64,000 bases of DNA from an uncultured Actinomycetes bacterium (GTDB taxonomy: Bacteria > Actinomycetota > Thermoleophilia > RBG-16-64-13), in assembly GCA_963841735.1 (NCBI GenBank), contig CAWJDT010000004.1, positions 96,001 through 160,000 on the forward strand, given 5' to 3'. The position numbers and the translations under genes were made by a program. Below the pieces are notes generated by a model, which saw only the letters and a list, made by a program, of their open reading frames with translations, was not told where the DNA came from and did not search any database. Positions 40,316 through 48,853 of the stretch are shown here, piece after piece; position 1 is the stretch's first letter, and the number at the start of each line of letters is the position of its first letter.

Positions 40316-41307
40316 GTCAGCTGCGTAGAGTCCTCAGGCTATACAGCCGCGCACACGAGGGATCGGCGCTCCTGCTTGTTCTCTTCGTATGCCTGGCCGT
40401 CACGGTCGCCATTCAGACCCTGGCCACTGTCGTGGTGTGCGCGGAAAGAGCTCTGCATGACGAATCGGTGGGGCGGTCGCACGCTTTCGAGAAGAACGAG
40501 GCTCTCGCCGGTATGCGCTCGCGGCTACAGGCATTTTGGCGGCCGCTGCCGTGGGCCGTCGTCATCGACGTGCCTTATGAGGTGGAGGCGCGAGCGGCGG
40601 ATCTCGACGGTGGTCTGGGATGGGTGATGCGGGTGGACGTCCGCCAGCCGCTCGAGGTGTCTCGGATGGTCTTCTCTGCGTGGGCAGAGAGAGGACGTGA
40701 CGGCATTGACCTGCCGCTGGCTGCCCTAGTGGCGACAAGGGTCATCTTGGATCCCGATCGGGTGTCGCCCTGGCTCGAAATCGAGGATTCGGGAGTGAGC
40801 GGTGCAGCAGACGTACCTCAGCCGAACGTCACCGCAGCCGCATACTTGGTCGAACCTCCTACAGGGGTCGCTGTGGGAGAGGCTTGTGTGGCAGCCGAGG
40901 CGCGTGCAGAGTGGCGGCTTGACGACGGGTGGAAGCTGCTTGGGCGCGGCTGCGCGGGCCTCGGTCCCGGAGTTGTCTGGGTGTCTGCTGGGCCGGGGGA
41001 GACAGTGGACCTCCCCGAGGAGTGCGACGGTCAGAGCGCCAACACACCCGTTTTGGCAATGGTCAGCGGGGGCGGGGACCTCGACCTGCGGGAGCTAGGG
41101 GATCTGTACGGGGTGGTGGTAGTGGATGGGGGCTCGCTGCTGCTCGAGGGGACTGTGCTGCATGGAGCCGCTTTCGTAACCGAGTCCGCAACGCTGGGCG
41201 CCCGCGGGATTCTGCGATACTCCCAGCCACTTCTTCGCTGGGCGACGGATCGGTCGCTCTGCCGGGTAAGACTGTTGCCTGGCAGCCGCTGGGAGGGCAC
41301 GGAGTAG
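40312..41307 (+). CDS. Minor pilin, PilX/GspK-like
   Basis: EG|SALLLVL motif lacking Glu5, as in PilX/GspK; Gly-rich beta C-terminus (LYGVVVVDGG). Confidence 0.65.
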   Translation: MSQLRRVLRLYSRAHEGSALLLVLFVCLAVTVAIQTLATVVVCAERALHDESVGRSHAFEKNEALAGMRSRLQAFWRPLPWAVVIDVPYEVEARAADLDGGLGWVMRVDVRQPLEVSRMVFSAWAERGRDGIDLPLAALVATRVILDPDRVSPWLEIEDSGVSGAADVPQPNVTAAAYLVEPPTGVAVGEACVAAEARAEWRLDDGWKLLGRGCAGLGPGVVWVSAGPGETVDLPEECDGQSANTPVLAMVSGGGDLDLRELGDLYGVVVVDGGSLLLEGTVLHGAAFVTESATLGARGILRYSQPLLRWATDRSLCRVRLLPGSRWEGTE

Positions 41308-41331
41308 GCGGGCACAGGTATACTCTTCAGC

Positions 41332-41793
41332 ATGGAATCTGGCGAGAGAAGAGCAGAAGGCTCGGTCGCGTGGAGGAAGAAGCGGCCACGGCGGCCTCCG
41401 CTGGACTGCCGGGAATGTGGCGCTGTTTGCGAGCGACTGATATCGCCCTGGCGCTGCCTGCGGGCGGGATGTGCATGCGTGTACTCGTACAGAGACGAGG
41501 AGACGACGTACTTTGGCTGCCTTCACAAGGTTTTTGCCCCCGAGCTTGATCTGGCCGCATTTGTTGACGAAACTGGGCAGGTGAATCGCCGAGCCGATCC
41601 GTACGGAAGCATCCGGGCGACGAGGGAGCCGCGGGTGCACTGCCCGGTTAGCGTCGAGCGCGCGTACGAGGGCGATTACGCCGCACAGTGCCGGAATCCG
41701 GGGTTCTTGCACGGGTACTTTCCGGAACGAGGACGCGACCGCCCTTTGGACGCGAAGCCCCGCGGCGCCATGGATCATGACCTGCCGAACTGA
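41332..41793 (+). CDS. Cys-rich hypothetical protein, probably leaderless
   Basis: CRECGAVC, CLRAGCAC, GC, HC, CRNP; TATACT -10 at 41319-41324, 7 nt before ATG; ends 12 nt before rnz. Confidence 0.75.
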   Translation: MESGERRAEGSVAWRKKRPRRPPLDCRECGAVCERLISPWRCLRAGCACVYSYRDEETTYFGCLHKVFAPELDLAAFVDETGQVNRRADPYGSIRATREPRVHCPVSVERAYEGDYAAQCRNPGFLHGYFPERGRDRPLDAKPRGAMDHDLPN

Positions 41794-41805
41794 CGGGCGA
41801 GTACT

Positions 41806-42741
41806 GTGGATCTTCAACTAGTCTTCTTAGGCACGGGCGGAGCCACTCCTACTGTCGAGCGGGGTTTGCCGGCCACGCTGCTCATCCGGGGAGGGGAGCG
41901 GATCCTCGTGGACTGTGGGGAGGGCACCCAGAGACAGCTCATGCGCTCGGCCGGTCTTGCGCGCATCGGCTTGATCCTGCTTACCCATCTGCATGGTGAT
42001 CACTATCTTGGTCTCCCCGGCTTACTCAAAACCTACAGCCTGCTGGGTCGTTCGGAGCCTTTGCTGCTACTTGGACCAAGTGGCTTGTACGAGATGCTCC
42101 GCGACGCGGAACGGTTGATTGGGAAGCCCCGGTTTCCCTTCTTTGCCGAGGAGGTCGGTGAGGGCGTTGCTCTCGAGGGCACGGACTATCGCTTGCGGAC
42201 CGCTGTCACGCAGCACGGGCTGCCCGGTGTAGCGTGGTGCCTGGAGGAGGATGACAGGCCGGGAGCATTCCACCCAGAAAGAGCCCGGGAATTGGGGGTA
42301 GTCCCCGGTCCCGATTTCGGCCGTTTGCAGCGGGGCGATGCTGTGACCACGGCCGAGGGCCGTACCGTGCACCCGGAAGAGGTCATGGAAGGGGCGAGAT
42401 CGGGCCGTAAGATCGTAATAACCGGAGACACGCGGCCGACGGCGGCAGTCACCGAGTTGGCGGCGGGGGCCACGGTTCTGGTGCACGACTGCACTTTTGG
42501 ATCGTCAGAGCGGGAGAGGGCCGTGGAGACCGGTCACTCCACCGCGCGAGAGGCGGCCGAGGTAGGCCTGGCCGCGGGCGTGGGTACTCTGGTGCTGACG
42601 CATATCAGCTCTCGTCACAGCTGGCGCGAATTGCGGGACGAGGCGCGGAGCGTTTTTGCGAGGGCGATCGTGCCTCGCGACTTCGACACGCTGGTGGTGC
42701 CCAACCCCGAAAAAGGCAGTGCGTTCGTCGAACCGGTATAA
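41806..42741 (+). CDS. rnz: Ribonuclease Z
   Basis: FLGTGG, DCGEGTQRQ, THLHGDH, GP-rich exosite arm, TGDTRP, GHST, THISSR. Confidence 0.95.
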   Translation: MDLQLVFLGTGGATPTVERGLPATLLIRGGERILVDCGEGTQRQLMRSAGLARIGLILLTHLHGDHYLGLPGLLKTYSLLGRSEPLLLLGPSGLYEMLRDAERLIGKPRFPFFAEEVGEGVALEGTDYRLRTAVTQHGLPGVAWCLEEDDRPGAFHPERARELGVVPGPDFGRLQRGDAVTTAEGRTVHPEEVMEGARSGRKIVITGDTRPTAAVTELAAGATVLVHDCTFGSSERERAVETGHSTAREAAEVGLAAGVGTLVLTHISSRHSWRELRDEARSVFARAIVPRDFDTLVVPNPEKGSAFVEPV

Positions 42742-42792
42742 TGGCGCGTCGCCGTTTCATAGCGGCGATGACTATCATTCGGTTTCATTTAC

Positions 42793-42865
42793 GCCCACGT
42801 AGCTCAGGGGATAGAGCACTGGCCTCCGGAGCCAGGTGTCGCAGGTTCGAATCCTGCCGTGGGTA
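42793..42865 (+). tRNA. tRNA-Arg (anticodon CCG), CCA not encoded
   Basis: Acceptor GCCCACG/CGTGGGT, D-arm AGCTCAGGGGATAGAGC, anticodon arm CTGGC-CTCCGGA-GCCAG, T-loop GGTTCGAATCC. Confidence 0.96.
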
Positions 42866-42901
42866 CTTAGGTCGTTAGCGCGCCCGTGTCTGGGAGGAAC
42901 G

Positions 42902-43129
42902 GTGACGAAGAAGTATGACCCACTGTGGGAGATTGTTGGCGAGAAGGTAGCTCTGCAGGGCCAAGAGCTCGATGTGGGTACGCAGTGTCCGCAATGTCAC
43001 GTCATGGTGCGCCTAGGAGCCACCGCGGGAGTGGGCGACAGGTTCGGCTGCGGGCTCTGCGGGGAGGTTGCCGTAGTCGTTGGCGGTCCGATAGGTCTTG
43101 GGCTAGAGAAGGATACAACCCAGACTTGA
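42902..43129 (+). CDS. Small zinc-ribbon protein (LysW-like Cys pattern, no EDWGE tail)
   Basis: GGAGG RBS then GTG; CPQC-x17-CGLC. Confidence 0.65.
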   Translation: MTKKYDPLWEIVGEKVALQGQELDVGTQCPQCHVMVRLGATAGVGDRFGCGLCGEVAVVVGGPIGLGLEKDTTQT

Positions 43130-43170
43130 CGGGTTGAGGGGGCGCGTCCGGATCTAGCCGGACCCATTCA

Positions 43171-44280
43171 CTAGTAGCGGATCAGCGGCCGGCCGAGGGC
43201 GTCCTTGCCTTTGGGGTTGCCCAACTCGTCCGCGAGTTCGGTGGGCGCCGAAACAGTCGTAGGGTCTCCGTCGGAGATATAGCGCAGTTCCGGGCGCGCT
43301 TTGAAGGCATCAATGGCGGCTTGGATGGTCTCTCCATTACCCTCTACTCGTAGTATGTGCAGCGGTTTGAAGACGTCTGAGAAGGGGGAGGGGCAGAGAG
43401 CTAGGCCTTCATTCAGGCCAAGCGCGGCGGTGTACGCGTATGAGATATCCTGGTATTGGCCTGTGGCCAAGATAGTCTCTGATTCGGGGAACTTGCCCAG
43501 GGGGACGGAAAGGCTGGTCACGGAGTAGGACCCGCCTACGTACTCTTCGAGGGTTTGCTGTGATTGTGCGAGTTGCTTCTGTATGTCGTCCGACGAAGCT
43601 TTGCTGAGGTCGAGTCGCGTGACGGTGTTACTGCCCACTTCGTAGCCCCAGTCCACTAAGTTGTGGAGCTTCTCCTGTTTTCTCTCTGGCTGGCCAAACA
43701 GCTCGTTGTCTTTGGGGCTGACGTCGAGAAGGCAGAAGAACGAGGCGCGAGCAGCCCAGTTCTTGGATTCCGCGGCCTTCTGTAGGATGCCGACAGCGCA
43801 TTCGGAATCGATGGAACCATTGTCCAGGATCCTATACTGCCCGGGGCTCGATTCGTCGAAGGTGATGACCACTGGGGACTTGCCGGCAGGGATGTCGATG
43901 TTGCCCGAGACGAGATCCCTGACCGTGATGGGGAAGAAGTCCTCGTCTTGGAGCAGGGCGATATCTTCGCGCAGACCGTCGGGAGTGCGGGTAGTGGCGT
44001 TCTCTTCAAACCCGATCTCGTGATAGACGAGCGTCAACACCTGGCCCAGTTCGTTCGCTCCTATGGTTTCCGCCCGATCGGCGGTCATCGGTTCGCGAAC
44101 GGTCTGGTCGGTCTGTGGATCGGCAGCTGCATCGATCGAGGCGCCAGATCTGTCGTCCTGGATAACGGTTGGGCCGGCAGTGCCGCCACCGCCTCCGAAG
44201 GCAAGTCCGAAGATTAGGCCCAAAAAGGCCCCGACCGCAAAGGCGATCGTCACAAAGCGTAAGACCTTGTCGCGGCGCAT
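43171..44280 (-). CDS. Membrane-anchored polysaccharide deacetylase-family (CE4/NodB) protein with degenerate active site
   Basis: N-terminal TM; LVYHEI, PVVITFDES, GYEVGSNTVTR, LSVPLG. Confidence 0.8.
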   Translation of the reverse strand: MRRDKVLRFVTIAFAVGAFLGLIFGLAFGGGGGTAGPTVIQDDRSGASIDAAADPQTDQTVREPMTADRAETIGANELGQVLTLVYHEIGFEENATTRTPDGLREDIALLQDEDFFPITVRDLVSGNIDIPAGKSPVVITFDESSPGQYRILDNGSIDSECAVGILQKAAESKNWAARASFFCLLDVSPKDNELFGQPERKQEKLHNLVDWGYEVGSNTVTRLDLSKASSDDIQKQLAQSQQTLEEYVGGSYSVTSLSVPLGKFPESETILATGQYQDISYAYTAALGLNEGLALCPSPFSDVFKPLHILRVEGNGETIQAAIDAFKARPELRYISDGDPTTVSAPTELADELGNPKGKDALGRPLIRY

Positions 44281-44323
44281 AATCGAGCCAGTCTAGCAGA
44301 TGTTCCTGTAAACTGGCTTGGTC
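44281..44323. promoter_or_regulatory. 43-bp bidirectional promoter region
   Basis: TGcTAGACT on - strand (44290-44298) and TAAACT on + strand (44309-44314), each 9 nt from an ATG; no RBS. Confidence 0.6.
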
Positions 44324-45574
44324 ATGTCACAAAGCTACTACAGCGAAAACTACCATCCTCCGCGGCGACCTCGTCGGCGTCGGGGCGCGGGGCGAAGGCT
44401 TGCGGCTATCGCTCTGATGGGAGCGGTGGCTTTCGCCGGCGGGTTTGCGCTGCTCTGGGCACTGGGCGGTTGGATCGTCGGGGGCAATGGCGCCGACTCG
44501 GGCCCCGGGGATGGAGGGGCTGTGGCCGCCGCTGTTGCGTCGGCGCAAACGGACTACACGGTGGAGCCCCTTGTTGACCTGCTAGCCTTTCGCGATCTCT
44601 CGTACGTGCCTGTCAAGGGAGTCTATATGACCGGCTACAGCGCCGGTTCGTCAAAGGCAGTCGACAGGCTGGTGGGACTTGCGGATCGCACCGAAGTCAA
44701 CGCCTTTGTGATCAATGTGAAGGACGATGACGGCACGATCATGTATGAGACTAACGCGCCGATGGCCGAGGACCTAGACACATATAGTAGCGTGATAGGT
44801 GATATTGACGGGCTTCTTGCGACAATGGCCGAGCACGAGATCATCCCCATAGCGCGGATAGTGTGTTTCAAAGACAACATCCTCCCCAAGAAGAGAGTCG
44901 ACCTGGCCGTGTTGGACAGTCGGACGGGGGAGCCGTGGCAGGACAACGGTAGTGCGCGCAGCACGTATCTGAACCCCTATAGCCACGAAGTGTGGGAATA
45001 CCTAGTGCAGGTGGCTGAGGACGCTGCCCGCCGGGGTTTCCGGGAGATCCAGTTTGACTACGTGCGTTTTCCGACCGACGGAGACGTCAAGTACATGGAG
45101 TTTCCAGGGCAGTACTGTTCGAGGGAGGATGCGATCGCGGGCTTTCTGGCCTACGCGCGCCCGCGCCTGGAGAAGGCCGGAGTGTGGGTGTCGGCGGATG
45201 TGTTCGGTCTGGTGCTCGCCCACCCCAAGGACAATAGCCCCGCGCAGAATCTCGAGAAGATCTGCAGAAGCGTGGACATTCTGTGTCCCATGGTCTACCC
45301 GGACCTCTACAACTCCGGGTCCTACGGAGTCACGAATCCCAACAGCTCACCGTACGCGATTGTCAGTGGGGCCATGAAGGATATGGCCGCGCGGCTGCCC
45401 GGGCTTGGCGCGAAGGGTCGTCCCTGGCTGCGAGATTACGATTGGCGAGGGGTGCTGTACGAGGCCAAGGAAATCCAGGCGGAAATCAGAGCCGCTTCAG
45501 AACAAGGCTACGACGAGTGGATTCTCTGGAATTCGAGTAACCAATATACTGAGGATGCGCTGCAACCTCAGTAG
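44324..45574 (+). CDS. Putative glycoside hydrolase (DUF4015-like), copy 1
   Basis: KGVYMT, NAFVINVKDDDG, IARIVCFKD, EIQFDYVRFP, SADVFG, CPMVYP, RPWL. Confidence 0.85.
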   Translation: MSQSYYSENYHPPRRPRRRRGAGRRLAAIALMGAVAFAGGFALLWALGGWIVGGNGADSGPGDGGAVAAAVASAQTDYTVEPLVDLLAFRDLSYVPVKGVYMTGYSAGSSKAVDRLVGLADRTEVNAFVINVKDDDGTIMYETNAPMAEDLDTYSSVIGDIDGLLATMAEHEIIPIARIVCFKDNILPKKRVDLAVLDSRTGEPWQDNGSARSTYLNPYSHEVWEYLVQVAEDAARRGFREIQFDYVRFPTDGDVKYMEFPGQYCSREDAIAGFLAYARPRLEKAGVWVSADVFGLVLAHPKDNSPAQNLEKICRSVDILCPMVYPDLYNSGSYGVTNPNSSPYAIVSGAMKDMAARLPGLGAKGRPWLRDYDWRGVLYEAKEIQAEIRAASEQGYDEWILWNSSNQYTEDALQPQ

Positions 45575-45714
45575 TCGAGTGTTGGCGTCGAGGATCCCGT
45601 CCAGATGGCCGATGCTCCGCCACGAACGCAGCGCACGAACGTGACGCACGGATGAGATCACAAGTGGATGTCTCATAATTGTTGAGAGGCCCCGTTCCTG
45701 TAAACTGCGGGGTC

Positions 45715-46980
45715 ATGCCACAAAGGTACTACAGCGAAGACTACCATCCCCCGCGGCGGACTCGTCGACGTAGAGGAGCGGGGCGAAGGCTTGCCGCCAT
45801 CGCGGTGATGGGTGCCGTGGCTTTCGCGGGCGGGTTTGCGTTGCTCTGGAGTCTGGGCGGTTGGATCGTTGGAGGCGATGGCGCCGACTCGGGGTATGGG
45901 GGTGGAGAGGCTGTTGCTGCTGCCGTTGCGTCGGCGCAAACGGACTACACAGTGGAGCCCCTTGTCGACCTGGTGGCGTTTCGCGATCTCTCATACGAGC
46001 CCATCAAGGGCCTCTATATGACCGGATACAGCGCCGGTTCTTCCAACGCGGTCGACAGGCTGGTGGGGCTTGCGGATCGTACCGAAATCAACGCCTTCGT
46101 AATCAATGTTAAGGACGATGACGGGTTTGTGACCTATGAGACCGATGCGCAGACGGCGAAGGCCCTCGGCACGGACAGGGACATCATAGGAGACATAGAC
46201 GGGCTTTTGGCCAAGCTTGCGGAACACAACATCATCCCTATCGCGAGGGTAGTGTGTTTCAAGGATGACGTGTTGCCCAAGGCGAGGCCTGACCTTGCCG
46301 TGGTGGACGCTCAGACGGGGGAGCTGTGGAGGGACAACAGCAAGTACCATCACACATATCTGAACCCCTATAACCACGAAGTTTGGGAATACCTCGTGCA
46401 GGTGGCGGAAGATGCTGCCCGCCGGGGTTTCCGTGAGATCCAGTTCGACTATGTTCGTTTCCCGGAGACCAACCAATCCACGGCAAAGTACCCCGGAGAG
46501 TACTGCACCAAGGATGAGGCGATCGCCGGGTTCTTGGGGTACGCGCGACCGCGTCTCGAGAAGATGGGCGTGTGGGTCTCGGCCGATGTCTTCGGTCTAG
46601 TGATTCGCACTCCCTCGAACAACGGCATCGGACAGGATCTCTACAAGATGTCGAGGAACATCGATATTCTTTGTCCTATGCCCTACCCGTCTCATTACAG
46701 CGCTAACTCATACTCGCTGGCGAATCCTAACGCGAAACCCTACGAGCTCATGACGGCCGCCATGAAGGAGGCGGCAACACGCCTCGCCGGCACGGGTACC
46801 GAGTGTCGCCCTTGGCTGCAGGACTTCTCCAGTTCGGGTATGGCCGGGGGGACCTTCGTCGAGTATGGTGCAGAGGAAGTAAAAGCGCAGATAAGGGCAG
46901 CTGAAGAGCAGGGTTTCGACGAGTGGTTGCTCTGGAACGCCAGCAACAAGTACACCGAGGGCGCGCTGCGCGCTGAGTAG
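45715..46980 (+). CDS. Putative glycoside hydrolase (DUF4015-like), copy 2
   Basis: Same motifs (EIQFDYVRFP, CPMPYPSHY, RPWLQDF, WLLWNASNKY); tandem paralog of copy 1. Confidence 0.85.
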   Translation: MPQRYYSEDYHPPRRTRRRRGAGRRLAAIAVMGAVAFAGGFALLWSLGGWIVGGDGADSGYGGGEAVAAAVASAQTDYTVEPLVDLVAFRDLSYEPIKGLYMTGYSAGSSNAVDRLVGLADRTEINAFVINVKDDDGFVTYETDAQTAKALGTDRDIIGDIDGLLAKLAEHNIIPIARVVCFKDDVLPKARPDLAVVDAQTGELWRDNSKYHHTYLNPYNHEVWEYLVQVAEDAARRGFREIQFDYVRFPETNQSTAKYPGEYCTKDEAIAGFLGYARPRLEKMGVWVSADVFGLVIRTPSNNGIGQDLYKMSRNIDILCPMPYPSHYSANSYSLANPNAKPYELMTAAMKEAATRLAGTGTECRPWLQDFSSSGMAGGTFVEYGAEEVKAQIRAAEEQGFDEWLLWNASNKYTEGALRAE

Positions 46981-47029
46981 TGTTCGGAAGACGCATCGGG
47001 CGACGTGCCGGCGCGCGGTGCCGCGTCGG

Positions 47030-48766
47030 CTAGGCGACGATCAGCGGTACCAGTCGCTGAGCTTGCACATCGAGAATGCCGTCCAGAGTTATGCGGAGCC
47101 GGGGTATCACGCTCAGTGTGATGAAGCTGAGCACCATGAAGGGCTCCTCGAAATCCACTCCCAGTGCGGCGACGGCCGCTTCAAGGGCCCGTAGGCGGCC
47201 GCCTGCCTCAGGTGCAGGCAGATCGGTCATCAGACCCGCAAGCGGAAGGGGCAGAGTCAACACAGAGCCCCTGTCGACAACGGCGAGCCCGCCGCCCACG
47301 CGCGCGACGGATCGGGCTGCCGTCAGCATGTCTTGCGGATCGACGCCGGTGACCAGCAGGTGATGGGCGTCGTGGGCGATGGTGGTCGCGATCGCCCCTC
47401 GGAAGAGACCCAGGCCGCTCACTAAGCCGCGCCCGATCCTAGCGGAGTCCGCTGGAGCCGGCGTATTCAGCGCCGACCTCTCGAGTAGGGCCACCAGCGC
47501 GACGTCGTTGTCGCGGTCGGCTTCCATGCGGCCTCGTCTGGCGCGAACCTCCACAATGCGCTCGTCGCTCACGATAGTGCGGGGGGTCAAGTGGATAGCG
47601 CGCGCGCGATGTCGGCCGTCCGCGGCCGGCGGGGCGAGTTCGGAGGAATCAGCTACCTGAAGGACGATGGGGTGCGAGGCCAGCGGGGGGCAGGCCGGAA
47701 GCTCGCCTACCAACCGGCCATCGGTGGCAACCACGGCGCCGCCCCGGACGACGCAGGTGGGGTGGGGCAAGGAGGGGTCGCTCACCACGAGGAGGTCGGC
47801 CCGCAGCCCAGGCGTGATGCTTCCGCGGTCGTGAAGTCGGTACAACGTAGCCGGGTTGAGAGTGGCCGCCCTGAGGCTGTCATTAAGGGACACGCCGGCC
47901 CTGGCCATGGCTCCCACCACCCCATCCAGATGGTGATGCTCGGCCAGGGCGGCCGCATTGCGATCGTCGGTGCAGAGGGCGGTGCGCTCGGTGCCGTGCT
48001 CGACCAAGAAGGGCATAGCGCGGACGAGATCTCGGGCGGCCGAACCCTCGCGTATGAGTATCCACATGCCAAGCCGCCTGCGTTCGAGGAGTAGCTCAGG
48101 CGTGGAGGTCTCGTGATCGCTGATCGGCCCCGTAAGCAGGTAGGCGGCGAGCGAGGGGCCGCTTACATCGGGGGCGTGACCGTCGACCACCCGCCCTTCG
48201 GCAAGCTCTGCCAGTATGGGCGAATAGTGGCCGCCGATGAGACCCAAGTAATCCATGGCCTCGCCCAGCCCAACGACGCCGTCCTCTTGAAGTAGGTCGG
48301 CGGCGTCGCTTTCTGACAAGCTGCCTGCCGCCCTCTCGAAAGGCGAGGCGGGCACCGTGGTGGGGACCATCAGGCGAAGGTCGAGCGGGAGGCCGGCGCG
48401 CGCCTGCAAGAAGAAATCCATGCCGGCCCGACCCAAGACATTGACGATCTCGTGCGGCTCCGAGATGGTAGTGGTAATGCCGTGGACGGCCAAAGCCTCG
48501 GCGAAGCGCGGAGGAGAGAGAAGAGATGACTCGGGATGGACGTGAGCATCGATCAGACCGGGGATAACGAAGGCTCCGCGTGCATCGATGATCGTTACGG
48601 CATCACTGGGGTAATCGCCGACTCCCGCGATGATCGAGCCGCACACAGCGACGTCAGCCGCCAAGAACTCTCCCGTGAAGGGCGAATACACTCGGCCGTG
48701 CCTTATGAGCAGACTCGGAGGGTCGAGAGCAAGGGCTACGCGCCGACATTGTTCGCGCTCGTGCAT
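47030..48766 (-). CDS. ade: Adenine deaminase
   Basis: PGLIDAHVHPESS, EPHEIVNV, DGHAP, DHE, IREGSAARDL, CTDDR, AHDAHHL; start reassigned to ATG 48766 to avoid overlap with ACT gene. Confidence 0.9.
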   Translation of the reverse strand: MHEREQCRRVALALDPPSLLIRHGRVYSPFTGEFLAADVAVCGSIIAGVGDYPSDAVTIIDARGAFVIPGLIDAHVHPESSLLSPPRFAEALAVHGITTTISEPHEIVNVLGRAGMDFFLQARAGLPLDLRLMVPTTVPASPFERAAGSLSESDAADLLQEDGVVGLGEAMDYLGLIGGHYSPILAELAEGRVVDGHAPDVSGPSLAAYLLTGPISDHETSTPELLLERRRLGMWILIREGSAARDLVRAMPFLVEHGTERTALCTDDRNAAALAEHHHLDGVVGAMARAGVSLNDSLRAATLNPATLYRLHDRGSITPGLRADLLVVSDPSLPHPTCVVRGGAVVATDGRLVGELPACPPLASHPIVLQVADSSELAPPAADGRHRARAIHLTPRTIVSDERIVEVRARRGRMEADRDNDVALVALLERSALNTPAPADSARIGRGLVSGLGLFRGAIATTIAHDAHHLLVTGVDPQDMLTAARSVARVGGGLAVVDRGSVLTLPLPLAGLMTDLPAPEAGGRLRALEAAVAALGVDFEEPFMVLSFITLSVIPRLRITLDGILDVQAQRLVPLIVA

Positions 48767-48853
48767 CGTGTGTACTAGAATAGCGTGCGCTCGTCCCGTT
48801 TTGGGAAGCCGTGCTGCAGCCGTAGACCGATTTGCGTGTTTTTTGGGGGCTTG

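Noticed and set aside
45621-45666. Mini-CRISPR or iteron array
   Set aside because: Units are only 8 bp at 13-bp period; no spacers, cas or rep genes
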